From Octopus vulgaris (lineage: Eukaryota), in the NCBI GenBank assembly GCA_951406725.2, contig OX597833.1:23312001-23376000 (forward strand): DNA of 64,000 nucleotides. The letters are read 5' to 3'. Position 1 is the first letter of the stretch. Each line of letters opens with the position of its first letter. The notes under the pieces were generated by a model that did not search any database, had not been told where the DNA came from, and saw only the letters and a program-made list of their open reading frames with translations. Positions 50,724-64,000 of this stretch are shown piece by piece. The position numbers and the translations under genes are program-made.

Positions 50724-52150
50724 TTAGACGGGTATATGATCCACTGACGAACTATATATATACATACATACATATATATAGTAGAATAAGAAATAGAAAG
50801 TCCTTGGTACAGTATTATATATTTGAAAAAATGAATAGGAATGGCTGTTTTGATATTTTATCCACTTTAATAATTAGATGTTTATAAATGTTTATAAATG
50901 TCACAAAGAGTGACTCTGATACGAGTTTCGCGCCTTAGAGCGGTCTTCAAAACTAAAATTTTGTCATTCACTGTTTACTTACACATACACACGCACACAC
51001 ACACATAGGGGCAAGGAGGAATTTAACAGGTCAAGAATAAAGAAATAAGAACTTTTTTCTTGATGAAATGGTCATAAAAGGTTATATGTGAGAATATATG
51101 TGTATGCATTACAAATAATATATACATGTATGTTTATGTATATAGAATTATGTATGTCTGTATATATGTGAGCGGGTGTATCTACGTATATATGTGTATG
51201 TATACAGATATATGTATATATGTGTATAAATGTATGTATGTGTTCATATGCATATATAGGTGTGTGTATATATATATATATATATATTAAGAAAAAGTAG
51301 GTAGTCAGAATTTTGGATAATTTTTTATTACTATTTACTAGCGCTTTCGTTCGTTTAACCGAACCCTTCAAGAAAATAAATTTAAGATATGGTAAGTCTT
51401 GTAACTAACTGTGTTCGTGACGATAGGTAGTGCTGTCGTCAGTTGTTCAGGGGGAGATAATTGTCCCATGTCACTAGAAGAAATAGAACAGAAAGTCACT
51501 TCGTCTTTTTACATGAATCGAAGAGCGGCTGTTGTTTTGTTTTTGTTTCCTTAGAAACCGTTAGACGCCAGTGCATCACTACACACACACACATGTATAT
51601 ATGTAAGTATATATACACACATAAATATATATGTATGTATATATGTATACACATATGTATAGAGTGTTTGAAGTGGTGTACAGATATTGTACAATTCAAG
51701 ATGTTATATATATAATAATTGGTAGAAAGAATTGATCAGAAAGATTTCCAATCACCTCACTGCATGGAATAAACAAAAAGAGCTGGAGCAGAATTATCAA
51801 AATTATTGTGTAGCAGGAAATGTTAACACTTCAAACTGCAGACAATGTAGAATTCTACTTTGATTGGAAATACATTTTAAAACTTATTTTAGTTCTGAAA
51901 ATATTAATACCAATTATCTTATTATAGTTATAATAATGGCACAAAGTCTCTTAAATACTGTAATGTGCTATCCATCACCATCTTTTATACAATAATAACT
52001 GTAAGACACAAATAAAAGTATGACCCCCCTCCCATCAAGCATAATCTATTTCATTTGAAGGGGTGTTTATGCATATTGTCACTGTTTCTCTTTCCAACTT
52101 TTAGTTTTGGAGGGAACTTTTTGACAAAAGGCAGTTCCTCTGCTTCTCTT

Positions 52151-53590
52151 TCAAACATTTAGATTTAGAGAGATTCTTTTGATGAAATGCAGCTCTGCCT
52201 TACTGTAGTTTGGGTCATCTCTTAAACATTTGTAGAAGAGAAAGATTTTGAATTTTCCTCCACCACATACTTCTAGATGCTTACTTAGTGGAATCATGCG
52301 CAGTTCCTCTTGTCGGATGTGTTGTCTGTGGATTCTTGCACGTTGGCAAAGGAAATTGTTTCGCCAATATAATTTTCCTTGCAGCTGGGGCAAGTAATGC
52401 AGTATATGAGATTCCGTGTCTTGCAGTTCATATCTGCATTTACTTTGAACAAGAATCCACCCTTGAATTTTATGTGGGAACCACTTTCTAAATATTTGAA
52501 GCTGTTGTTGTTGTTGTTGTTGCATGTTCCACATTTGCTATCTCCACATTCCTTTACCGAGAAATCTGATTTATTCTCTGATGTGAATTTTGCCCTTGTG
52601 AGATATGTTTTGAGATTTTTTGGTTGGCGTCTACTGTTTCGTAAGAGGTTTTCATCAACCAGATTTTTGATTTTGGGGCTTTGTAGAAGTATTGGTAGGT
52701 TTGATTTGATGATGTGAAAAATGTTGGTTACTCCAGGATTGTGCGTATTGATAAATGGAATAGTACGTTGTTCAATCTTTTCCTTTGGTGACCTTAGTTG
52801 TGTGATATTCAGTTTCATCGCCTTTTTAATTCCATCATTTATTAATTCTAAGGAGTAATATTCTTTTGTTAGAAAACCTTTGAGCTCATTAAGTCGCATT
52901 TGACATATTTTTGGGTCAATTACTGTATGAGATGTTCCTTTTGATGTGTGAGGGATGGCAAGAGTAGAAATTCAAATATTGGTGCGTGTCCGTTTTCTTG
53001 TAAAATATGTCTTGTGACTGTGGAGTCGTATATTTTTATGTGATTGTCAAGGAAAAGTAATTCATTGTAACTAGTTTATGTCGTGAATTTGATAGATGGG
53101 TGAAGTGTGTTGAGCATGTTATTAAATATTTGCTGGTCTTAATTTGATCTGTCCCAAAGAATGAAGCAGTCATCAAGGAAGCGTTTCCACTTTTTAATGA
53201 CGTATTCTTTGTAATCATGATTAAAAGCTCTCTCTACTTCCTCGTAAAGCTTTTCTTCTAAGTACCCCATGACTAGGTTAGCATATGAGGGTGCAAACCT
53301 CGTCCCCATAGCCGTGCCCTTGAACTGTCGATATATTTTATTATCGAATCTAAAAGTGTTTTCTTCTAGTACCAGGTGTGTGGCCTTGGTAATGAAGTCC
53401 ATTTTAAAGCATTCGTTTATCCATCCTCTATGCTTTTCTACCCAGTGTTTGACTGCTTCTAGGCCCAAACTGTGAGGTATGTTGGTATAAAGACTAGTGA
53501 CGTCAAAGCTTGTAAGTATAGTACCTTCTGGGACAGTGGGTGGAATGTGTTTGAGGAAATCCATGTCATCTCGTATATAGCTGGGTATAT
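52151..53590 (-). mobile_element. Neptune-type Penelope-like element, 5'-truncated and frameshifted
   Basis: FDVTSLYTNIPH, GTAMGTRFAPSYANL, RFLDDCF; linker CGDSKCGTC; NLIYCITCPSCKENYIGET (GIY-YIG). Confidence 0.88.
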
Positions 53591-53701
53591 ATGAGAATGG
53601 ATGTGTTTATATTTGTTGTGTGCGTATATACGTGAATGTGTATGTATGTGCACGTGTGTATGTATGCGCATGTGTGTATATATATATGTGTGTGTGTGTA
53701 T

Positions 53702-53735
<34 letters not shown>

Positions 53736-54026
53736 AGGTAACTGACAATAAAAAACAAGTCAAATGGACGTACATATAGAATGTATTGGATTCACGCTCT
53801 AATAGGGAAAAAAAAAGGACGTTTTATGTTTCGCGCATGGCTCTTCGTCGGAAAGAGGAGAGGGAAGAAATCCGGTGAGAATGGAAGCAACTCCGTGGAC
53901 CTCGTGTGTCTACATGGCGAATAATGGTGGAGTGAAGAAGATGGAGAAAACAGTTATTTAAAGACAGGAGAGTGTGTGACTGTATAGTGTGTATCATCTA
54001 TGTGAGTGATGTATGCGCGTGGTTGT

Positions 54027-54069
<43 letters not shown>

Positions 54070-54819
54070 ATCTCATCCCTTTAAAATTATTTTAATGGAA
54101 ACTCGTTGCCGTTTGGGTTAGGTGTTCATTTCATGGTTGTTGAGACAGATTTCGCCTTCAAGTTAATCGAATAGATTTAGATTGATAATAGTAGTAATTC
54201 TGTGTACCATATCTTTTCCTCCTCCCTTTTTTTCACTCTACCATTCCCCTACTCCATACTTACTTATCCTTTTAATCGCTCTATTCTCTAATTACACTTT
54301 TTACTCTAGACTAACATTGCACATCCAACAGACCATACTAGCTTTGTTCTTCTCTAGGCTTCAGTTGTCCTCTGCATCTAGGGCCTATGTCTCACTACCA
54401 TGTAGCATTGTTGTTCATACACAAGCATCATACAGTCTTTCAGTCACTCATAGAGAAGGAGTGAGAGAGAGAGAGAGGGACCTTAAGTTGGCAAAAGAGG
54501 TAAAAGCTCTCTGATTTTTCTCAATCCTATTCTTATTCTAGTAACTACACCTTCAGAACTTCCTCCTCCACTGCTAATTAGGTCACCTAGGTAACAGAAA
54601 CTATCTACTACCCCTAGAGATCCTTCAAAGCGTTTGAGAGAATCAATTTCCTGTGTATCTGTAGTCTTTATGGTATATTATGAATTTCAATAAAATTTGA
54701 AAGACTGGAATGTTGTCCTGTTTCCAAACATGTAGACCTATTGACACCCAAGACATTTGGTTAGTTGGTTATGTTTGTTTGTAACACAGGTACAATGCCT
54801 CAAATTTTAGGGAAGGTGG

Positions 54820-54980
54820 TTAATTGATTAAATTAATCCTATTACTTGGCTGGTCATTTTTTTTATTTACCCCGAAAGGATGAAAGGCAAAGTTGGTCTT
54901 GGTAGGTTTTGAAACCAGAACATAAAGAACTGGAACAAATACGGGAAGGTATTTTCCTAATGTTCTAACAATTTTGCCAG
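54820..54980 (-). mobile_element. Degenerate family-1 SINE
   Basis: ACCCCGAAAGGATGAAAGGCAAAGT core. Confidence 0.6.
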
Positions 54981-55799
54981 TCAAAAAGCTATGTATTTTG
55001 ATGAATTTCTTGTGTAGCTTTCATCATTTAAGCTAGTCTCACACATTTAGACATGGCCTTCATTACTATCTTTTCTCATGTAAACTATTGCAATTTTGTA
55101 ATACTTGGATATAATATAAATTGGTTTACCGAAAGAACGTTTACTTATCACTTCAAATAAGCAGCATTGTATTGATATTAGAGTAAAATGATAAAAATTT
55201 TCTTATCTCTAATGTTAGGAATGTTTTTCATTTTTACTTTTAGGGCTAGAAAATACTTCTTGCCTGAACTGTTCTTTATGAATGTGGATTTTACCAAACA
55301 AGTAACTCAGTGCTATTATTCACAAGTGAGTACAATAATTTCTTTTAAATTTATTAATTTTTGTATTATTTAACTTGAGCTATTAATAAATTTAACATCT
55401 GTCTCTGTGTATATATTGAACAACTTCTCTTAGTCGTATATGTTTAAAAGCCTAAAATATGTTCATGTCACAACCCCATGGTTTGGGGTTCAGTCCTACT
55501 GTGTGGTACCTTGGGCAAGTGTCTTCAACTTATAGGCAGGGACCAACTAATGCATTTTTTGTGGAATTGTTTGATGGAAACTATATGAAGCCTGTTGCAT
55601 GTGAATATATATATACCATCTCTATTATGTGATGCATGCTATGGCTGACTATGAAGAAAGAGTGCAAAATACTCATTAAAAATCACAATAATTTACAGAG
55701 TAATGGCAATAAGGGCTGTGGAATGGATAGTGAAAGGGTCTGGCCTGGCAGGTGTCTTAGGGTACTGCAGCCTGGGCCCAGCCATTACCTTGCTACTGC

Positions 55800-56800
55800 A
55801 AGAAAGTTCAGACCATTGAATATTTCTGGAATATTTGCACCTCATTAGATTATGAATCCACTTCGACATTCCCTGAAAGAAGATCAGTCCTTGTAGCATA
55901 GGAGCTGCAGAGATATAACATTGAAGTAATGGTATTGTCTGAAATGAGGGACTCTGAAAAGGGTCACTTTACAGAGCATTGTGGTGGCTATATGTTTTAT
56001 TAGAGGGAGGAGGAGTAGACATTGCAAATGGGTGGCTGGTGTAATGTTTGTAAAAGAATTTCATAGCCTCTAGGCTGGAAGAATTTCCATGTGGATTTAC
56101 AGATCACTTGATGTCAGTGATGTTACCATTGTCAAACAGCAGATTTGTTAGTCTAGTGAGTGTCTACCCTCCAACCATGTATTCCTCTGAAGAGGAAAAA
56201 TTAGCATTTTGTCTTTCATTAAAGGAGCTTATATGCAATGTTCCTTGTACTGATTATAGCATCATACTTGGTGATTTCAATACTAGTGTTGGCAAGGCTG
56301 ACCATATTTGGTGCATAATTGGATAACATGGAGTTGGAAAATGCAATAGTAATGGCTTGCTACTTCTGTAAATGTGTTAGAAAGTTGATTTGTGCATATA
56401 CTTGTTATCTAATGGTGAATAAAAGTGATGTTAAGCCCTCGAACACTGTCGATCTACCAGCATAGAGTCTGCAGTATTTCAGCACCAGTTATGTTAGAGT
56501 GGTTATATGGTTAGGATGGAAGGTAATTAGGTCCCTTACCAATTTCTATAGAGTAAGTTAGCCCTGGGTAAAAACTTAGTGAACAAATTGAAATTAAGGT
56601 GTGAGGACTACATCTAGAATGCACTAGAGATGGTCAAAATCTTGGGAAATGAATGTGGAAACATCACTGTAGATTGTTCATTGTGGAAGAAAGTGGTGCA
56701 TGATAGGAGGAGTGATTTTGAATAAAATCATATTGAGCATGAAAAGCTCAAGAGAGATTTTTGTTAGGGTCTTAATAGTAATTTGCCTGTGAATGTTTCT
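55800..56800 (+). mobile_element. Old, internally deleted RTE-type LINE (APE endonuclease remnant)
   Basis: VLSEMR, LVSVYPPT..EEEK, IILGDFNTSVG, HGVGKCNSNGLLLL. Confidence 0.7.
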
Positions 56801-57509
56801 ATTATGTGTTTTGCATATTAAAACTACAAACAGTGAAGTTTGTTGTCATTCCCTGTCAATGAACCATCTGTTAAGACGGCTCTTTCAAAGACATACAATA
56901 AAAAAAAACCTTTCTAGAAAAACCAGCTAAGATTAGCAACAGCAGGAAACTCAAAAGAGGGCAGCAGTGTTGAACTCCTTCCTTCACCAAAAGCCAATCG
57001 CATAAGATTGGCCATTGAAAAGGTTATTACACTGGCAGTGCTCCAGCATGGCCACAGCCTTTGGGCTGAAACGTATAAAAGAATGTGTGTGTGTGTGTGT
57101 AGTCAACAGATGAGATCTTCAATGTAGAAAACACTTAGTGCTCAAATGATTTGAACTTACACTCTGGAATGTTTATTGAGGACTAAGTCGATGGTGGTAA
57201 ATAGTGACTATAAGAGGAATCCACAAGAGCTGATATGAAGATAATGATATAAATAAACAAATAAACATGCTTCGGCTTGATATCTAATATATACATATAT
57301 ATATATACATGTAAATATATGTAGGATATATATATATATAGTGAAAGAAAAACTGAAATATTACATGCCCTCTCCCCTTAGTTTTCTGTATCTTTTGTAT
57401 TCCGTGTAAATCTGTTCTGTATAACTATCTATATGCCTGTTCATCTTCTGAATATTTACAGTTTTTCTTTCTCTCTATATATATATTCCTATATATATTT
57501 ACATGTATA

Positions 57510-57975
57510 TTCTTTTATTCGTTTAGTCATCAGACTATGGCCATGCTGGGGCACCGCCTTGAATTTTTAGTCGAATGACTTGACTCCAGTACCTATTTTT
57601 TAATCCCTTGATGACGGTATATTTACGCCAACCGATTTAAAGCAAGTGTGCGTAAATTTACATCAACCGTTTTCAAGGGGTTAAAGCCTGGTACTTATTC
57701 TATTGCCAAACCGCTATGTTACGGGGACATAAACACACCAACACCAGTTGTCAAGCGGTGGTGGTGGACAAACACAGACACAAGGACACACACACATAGA
57801 TATATACATCTATATATATACAACAGGCTTCTTTCTGTTTCTGTCTACCAAACCCACTCACAAGGCTTTGGTCGGCCTGAGGCTATAGTAGAAGACACTT
57901 GCCCAAGGTGCCATGCAGTGGGACTGAACCCGGAACCATGTGGTTGAGAAGCAAGCTTCTTACTACACAGCCACG
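57510..57975 (-). mobile_element. tRNA-derived SINE family 3
   Basis: Minus-strand head GTGGCTGTGTAGTAAGAAGCTTGCTT..GGTTCCGGGTTCAGTCCCACTG..CCTTGGGCAAGTGTCTT; a + fragment lies at ~55470-55600. Confidence 0.8.
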
Positions 57976-58043
57976 CCTGTGCCTATGTATGTATATTTTA
58001 TATATCAAGCCCAAACAAGTTTATTTGTTTATTTGCATCATTG

Positions 58044-58088
<45 letters not shown>

Positions 58089-58299
58089 CATCATCATTTA
58101 GCGTCTGCTTTCCATACTGGTATGGGTTAGATGATTTGACTGGAACTGGCAAGCCGGAGAGCTGCACCAGACTCCAGTCCGTTTTAGCTTGGTTTCTACG
58201 GCTGGATGCCTTTCCTAACGCCAACCACTCCAGAGAGTGTACCGGGTGCCTTTAATGTGTCACTGGCATGGGTGCTTTTAACATGGCATATATATATAT

Positions 58300-58852
58300 T
58301 TACCTGCCTCTTTCCAATCTAAAAATAGAATTGTTATTGTACCTTAACAGGCTGGAGTGTTTTGTCTCCTATTTCTAGTAATACCGGCTCTCTTTGAGAG
58401 CCCTTAATCATAATTTATGATAAGTTTAAATTCCTTGTTGGTATCATATTACAGCCTGTAGCTTCACAGTTCTATATTATTTTGAAAGTATAAATTTATA
58501 TTTAACAATATCATCCAACTATTTAATCGGAATCTTCTATATCTGTTGGCAAGAAGGTAGCTGCTTATTGGACTGAGAGACATTGAGGAGGCGTTGATAA
58601 CGGGTCAGTCCCAGAAACCGAGGGTCCAACATACGCTCATGTCAGCTCATCCAGTAGGGGTTACCTGTCACTTGCCAATCTAAAAATAGAATTGTTATTG
58701 TACCTTAACAGGCTGGAGTGTTTTGTCTCCTATTTCTAGTAATACCGGCTCTCTTTGAGAGCCCTTAATCATAATTTATGATAAGTTTTAATTCCTTGTT
58801 GGTATCGTATGACAGCCTGTAGCTTCACGGCTCTGTATTATTTTGAAAGTAT
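58300..58852. repeat. ~190-bp direct repeat at ~361 bp period
   Basis: 58300-58491 is nearly identical to 58661-58852. Confidence 0.9.
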
Positions 58853-58871
58853 ATATATATATGTATATATA

Positions 58872-59105
58872 TCATCATCATCATCATCGTTTAACGTCCG
58901 TTTTCCGCGCTAGCACGGGTTGGACGGTTTCGACCGGGGTCTGGGGAGCTAGGTACTGCCCCAGGCTCCAGTCTAGTCTGGCAGTGTTTCTACAGCTGGA
59001 TGCCCTTCCTAACGCCAACCACTCCGCGAGTGTAGTGGGTGTTTTTTACGTGCCACCTGCACAGGTGCCAGAGGGGTCTGGCATCGGCCACGTTCGGATG
59101 GTGCT
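58872..59105 (-). mobile_element. RTE-tail repeat (family 2)
   Basis: (ATC)n GTTTAACGTCCGTTTTCC...GGATGCCCTTCCTAACGCCAACCAC. Confidence 0.8.
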
Positions 59106-59540
59106 TTTTTTTTTTTATTTTATGTGGGGGGGGCAGAAATATATAGGGGAGCACCAGTGGGGAGGGGTGGTTCAGAGAAATGATGACTGGTTCTAGGCAA
59201 GTAGAACGTAGGATATCAAGAGAGGGGTAATGCATGGTGAAATAGCGTATTGAAGAGGGGGTTCGAAGAGTAGACACCTATAATGGTGGTGGGAGAAGCG
59301 ACATCCGGTATAGATGGAGCAAAAATATAGAGATATCCGGTATTGGTGGTGGGGGTGGGCAAGGGCGGGTGCACCGGGAATATACGAAGGTTGAACTGAC
59401 GGGCTGGCTTAAAAAATGCTCTTAGCAATGGAAGGGGGGGAATGGCAGACAACGTGAGAAAGGGAGAGAGAGAGATAGATAGAGAAGAACAGTGGAACCC
59501 CGCGAAAATGGGCCGCCATTGAAAAAAAAAAAAACCCTGT
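59105..59540 (-). mobile_element. Probable polyadenylated LINE 3' UTR fragment
   Basis: Minus strand is pyrimidine-rich and ends CCCCCCCCACATAAAATAAAAAAAAAAAA. Confidence 0.4.
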
Positions 59541-60829
59541 ATGGAGAAATAATATGCAATACGAGGCGAAGCTGAAAATAGTAATAATAATAATTATAAT
59601 AATAATAAGCAAACTGTCGACCAGGGGATCAAAAGGACAATACTAGTACTAATAATAGTAATAATAATAATAATAACTAATAAACAAAATATATATATAT
59701 ATATATATTGGTGTATATATATATATATATATATCATCATCATCATCATTTATCATCCGTTTTCCATGCTGGCATGGGTTTGATGGTTCGACTGGAGACT
59801 GGCAAGCCTAGGAGCTGCACCAGACTCCAGTCCGTTTTGTCTTTGCTTCAACGGCTGGATGCCCTTTCTAACACCAACCACTCCAGAGAGTGTACCGGGT
59901 GCCTTTAACGTGTCACGAGCACAAGTGTTTTTAACGTGTCACCGGCACGGGATATATATATATATATGTATATACGTGTGTATATATATGTGTGTCTCTA
60001 TACCTCTCTCACTGACTGTCTCTATTTCTTTCTCTGTCTCTCTCTCTCACTCTATATATATTTATATATATATCATCCTATAACTTCTTCCTTCCATGCT
60101 GGCATGGGTTGGATGGTTTGACAGCAACTGGTAAGTCGACTGCGCCAAGCTCTATTATCTGTTTTGTCATCGTTTCTATGGCTGGATGCCCTTCCTTATG
60201 CCAACGACTTAAAAGAGTGTACTGGGTGCTGTTTATGTGGTACCAGCACCATTAAGGTCACCAAGTAACTTGCAAGACAAAGATCCTTCGACCGAGAGGA
60301 GGAGGAGTATTGAGGGAAGTGGCTTTGTGCTAGTTTGTAGGTTAGAGTATAATTGACGGATAGAGATAGGTGTGTTACTATAGAGGAGATTCATGACTAC
60401 CCCAGTTTGAAAAGAAAGAGAGAGAGAGAGAGAAAAAGAGATAGATGAATGGTGATGTGTTGGGACATACTCTCAAGGTACAGAGTGGGGTGAATATAAG
60501 TGGTTACAGAGGATTGAAGAGGGTGAGTGGTCTGGAGAGATAGAGAGGGAAGTTTCATAAGGAGAGATGGGGTAGAGGTGACTAGCTAGAGATGGTGAAT
60601 AATATTGGAGTGGCTCAGAAGGTGCTATGGTAGATATGTGGAGGCATTGAGTGATAGCAGATAAGAGAGGTGTTAAGGAAGAGTATAGTAGTTGGGAGAG
60701 AGCAATGGCTGAAGGTACAGAAAGGAGGTGATTGTTGGGAATTGTGAGCCAGGAAGATAATGAGAAATGCATGTGGTTCCTGGAGGAGTAGGAGGAAGGT
60801 AACCAAAGAGAGGATGAAACCAATAAACT

Positions 60830-61300
60830 GTCCACAGTCTGTCTAACCTATGTGAAAGGCCGATCCAAAATGATGCAAAAGCTATGTGGCCCGTATGGCA
60901 TCAGGACAGTATTCAAGAGTATTACAACACTTAGCAAATATCTCCTTCAAGTAAAACCACCAATAGAAGAGAATATGACCAAAGACTGCATGTACTCCAT
61001 CCCATGCAGTTGTGGTGGGTTATACAAAGGCAAAACATGCCACCCACCTCAAAATAAGGGTAGACGAACATCGCAAAGCTGTGACACGAGGAGATATTGA
61101 TAAATCGGGTATAGCTGATCATGTATGGAAAACTGGAGACCAGCTCCCCCTGTGGGATGAAGTTAAAATAATAGAGAACACCACTGGAAAATACAAAAAC
61201 ACATATGCTAGGAGACAACAACCTCCTAAGCAGACTGAGTGCAGATATGAGTAGCATATGGGAACTGGTATTCAGGAAGGATAGGAAAATATTAGATTTA
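60830..61300 (+). mobile_element. Penelope/Poseidon-type GIY-YIG endonuclease fragment
   Basis: YGIRTVFK, CMYSIPCSCGGLYKGKT, LKIRVDEHRKA, SGIADHVW. Confidence 0.8.
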
Positions 61301-61404
61301 TAAACCCTAAAATTCACTCCATAATTGCCCATGGGCATATGGCATGGTGGTTAAAAGTGCGGGCTACTAACCCCAAGGTTCCAAGTTCAATTCCGGGCAG
61401 TAAA

Positions 61405-62060
61405 AATGTCCGTTTTCCATGCTAGCATGGGTTGGATGGTTCGACTGGGTTCTGGGAAGTCAGGAGGCTGCACCAGGCTCTAGTCTGATCTGGCAGTGGT
61501 TTCTACAGCTGGATGCCCTCCCTAATGCCAACCACTCCGTGAGTATAGTGGGAATTTTTTATGTACCAGCGGCACAGGGGCCAGAGAAGGCTGGCAACGG
61601 TCACGATCGGTTGGTGCATTTTACATGCCACCGGCACGGGTGTCACAACTACAATTTCCATTTGATTTTCATTTTCATGTTGATGTTGATGTACTTGACT
61701 CAATAGGTCTCCTCAAGCACAGCAGGTTGCTCTACGATCCAAGGTACTTTGAATGAGCTGGGACTGGATATGCAAAACTAGTGTAGGATACAGTCATGAA
61801 CTCACTTTATTTGCCAGGTCTTCGCAGTCACAGCATATCTCCCGAGGTCTTGGTCTTTCGTCATTGCCTCTGTGAGGCCCAATGTTTAAAGGTTATGCTT
61901 CATTACCTCATCCCATGTCTTCCTGGGTCTACCTCTACCCCAGATTCCTTCAACTGTTTGGGAATGGCACTTCTTCACACAGCTCTCCTCATCCATCTGT
62001 AGTACATGACCATACCAGTGCAAACGTCTCTCTTGTATGACACATCCTGTGACATCACAA
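61405..62060 (-). mobile_element. RTE-type LINE 3' end
   Basis: ERRLHWYGHV..GRGRPRKTWDEV followed by the family-2 tail. Confidence 0.8.
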
Positions 62061-62223
62061 TTTTCTCTCACATGCTGTCTTGCAATCCAATCGAGAAATA
62101 CCATAGGAATGAGAACCCAGGTTTGAAATTTCTGCAAGACACATGATGAAGGCTGGAGGGTATATCAGCCAAAACGTATTAACAAACAAGATGAGAACAA
62201 ATATCCGTCAAATGTAAATAATG

Positions 62224-63496
62224 TTCCCAGACAAGTTTTGTTGTTCACCAACATATGGCAGCACACAGTTGCATGTGCAGTGAGAGCTAGAAGTGACCTT
62301 CATGAGGCAGTGTGCCATGTGACATTGCTGTGTTTACTCCGCAAGCTGAAATTTGCATTTTTGTGATCATGTGTAGGCTGTATTCTGCAATTTTGCCAAA
62401 GACTGGAGCAAAAAGCCAATGTGAAAGTTTGTGTTAAATTTGGGAAGTGTGCTACAGAGATATTGAGCATGCTTCAGCAAGCTTATGGCAACAAGGCAAT
62501 GGGTTGTACACAATGTTTAGAGTGGCATGGGTACTTCAAAAGACACTTTGCCTCCCCAAAATCCATCCCCTCCTCACCGTGGTGGGGATGCTGGCAACGG
62601 GTAGTGTCAGAGCTATGCCGTCGGGAACTTCAGTTCCTGGTAGGGCCACCCAAGGCGGATTGGTCTGCTGACACCAAGTGGTATTAGGGCCACAACCCGG
62701 CAGACGGGGCTCTGGTGAAATCCTCGGAGTGTCTGTTTCGGCAACTGGTGGCTCCTTGGTCGTTCTGTCCCTGCATCTGTGGACAATCTGCGGCAAACAG
62801 GATTTCTCTACATGCAGGATTGTTGGGGACCGCTTGTGAAATCCACATATTCCCACGAAACTTCTTCCAAAGAAGAAGCCGATTCAACCCACCCAGGGTG
62901 AATGGCGCCACAAGTACAAGAAATTCAAAAGTAGAAGAACATCCTGGGAAGATGATGAGCGATCTGGAAGACATGCAACAAGTGTCACCCCGGAAATGTG
63001 GTATTGTGCATCAAGAATTCATCCAAGGCCAGACCATCAATCCTGAGTTCTACTGCAATGGTTCCAAGCATCTGAAGGAGAACATTTGGCGAAAGCGACT
63101 GGATCTGTGGGACGCGAATAATTGGATTCTTCATGTCAACAATGCACCCTGTCACTGAGCTCTCCTCACTCATGAGTTTCTCACCCAAAACAACAGGGTA
63201 TCACTTCCACACTCACCCTATTCACCAGACTTAGCACCTGTGGACTTCCGTCTCTTCTCGAAAATGACAATGCAGCTCAAAGGTCGCTGTTGTCAAGATC
63301 CAAGTGAATTGCAGAAGGTCCTCAACCCACTTGTGGAAAACGACTTCCAGACTACATTCCAAAAGTGACAGGAATGCTGGGACTGGTGTACTGCAGCACA
63401 AGATGTCTATTTAAAAGGAAATGATGTTAAAACTTACATAAATAGCCCATTTGTTTGATTAAACATAACTAGTTTTGATAGGAATGTTTTGATACC
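62224..63496 (+). mobile_element. Tc1/mariner remnant, internally deleted, with an insertion
   Basis: CVKFGKCATE..LQQAYG, EDDERSGR, GQTIN..FYC, WILHVNNAPCH, YSPDLAP; ends approximate. Confidence 0.85.
62543..62923. mobile_element. 381-bp GC-rich insertion with 8-bp TSD
   Basis: TTCAAAAG at 62535-62542 and 62924-62931; mariner reading frame resumes after it. Confidence 0.8.
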
Positions 63497-63729
63497 TATT
63501 TCTTTACTGCCCACAAGGGGCTAAACACAGAGAGGACAAACAAGGACAGACAAATGGATTAAGTCGATTATATTGACCCCAGTGCGTAACTGGTCCTTAA
63601 TTTATCGACCCCGAAAGGATGAAAGGCAAAGTCAACCTCGGCGGAATTTGAACTCAGAACGTAACAGCAGACGAAATACTGCTCAGCATTTCGCCTGGCG
63701 TGCTAATGTTTCTACCAGCTCGCCACCTT
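63493..63729 (-). mobile_element. tRNA-derived SINE (family 1), full length
   Basis: Reverse complement of 992-1220. Confidence 0.9.
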
Positions 63730-64000
63730 ATACATATGGCGGAGGGTAAAGACAATGGACCCCCACTTTGGGATATTTTGGGTTTTTTTTTTTACAGGAA
63801 CCCACTATATCGAGTGCGGAGATTCCGAATCAGCATTTCAAAATTTTAATTCCACCCCCCCACCACTTCTTAAAATTTTTTTTAGCGAAATACACAGAAA
63901 AATAAGATTAGGATTCTGAAAAGAAAAAAAATTTGTAAAATATTCAATTTTTCACAATAAATAAACCTATATATATATATATATATATAAACATTCACAA

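Noticed and set aside
51349-51364. 14-nt match TTCGGTTAAACGAA (minus strand) to the PLE leader at ~18650
   Set aside because: Too short, with no flanking similarity.
53818-53855. Further hammerhead-like remnants (here on the minus strand; also 62138-62180 on the plus strand)
   Set aside because: Core nucleotides are too degenerate (CCGACGA; AUGAUGA..AAAAC) to call.

Overview
Eukaryotic, AT-rich, microsatellite-dense DNA made almost entirely of transposable elements. I found no host gene, RNA gene or CRISPR array. The SINE/LINE repertoire looks like octopus (coleoid cephalopod); this is inferred from repeat recognition and not verified. Contents: a near-complete but frameshifted Helitron (~10.0-15.5 kb), a 27.5-kb tandem/inverted array of a Penelope-like retroelement (PLE; 16890-44408, ~3.15-3.7 kb units) with a nested RTE LINE, a CR1-type LINE, a Neptune-type PLE, a mariner remnant, many SINEs and several hammerhead ribozyme (HHR) motifs. 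The standout signal is dense, patchy, sense-strand A-to-G hypermutation shared by the PLE copies. It turns RT motif FDIxxFY into FGVSGFY, GIY-YIG IY..YIG into VC..CVG, an Asn-rich linker into Gly/Asp/Ser/Val, and the hammerhead core CUGAUGA into CUGGUGA. The best explanation is an ADAR A-to-I hyper-edited RNA that was reverse-transcribed into the germline genome and then amplified. Neighbouring and nested retroelements keep their motifs intact and act as internal controls. The ancestral sequence is reconstructed from family motifs, not from an observed unedited copy.
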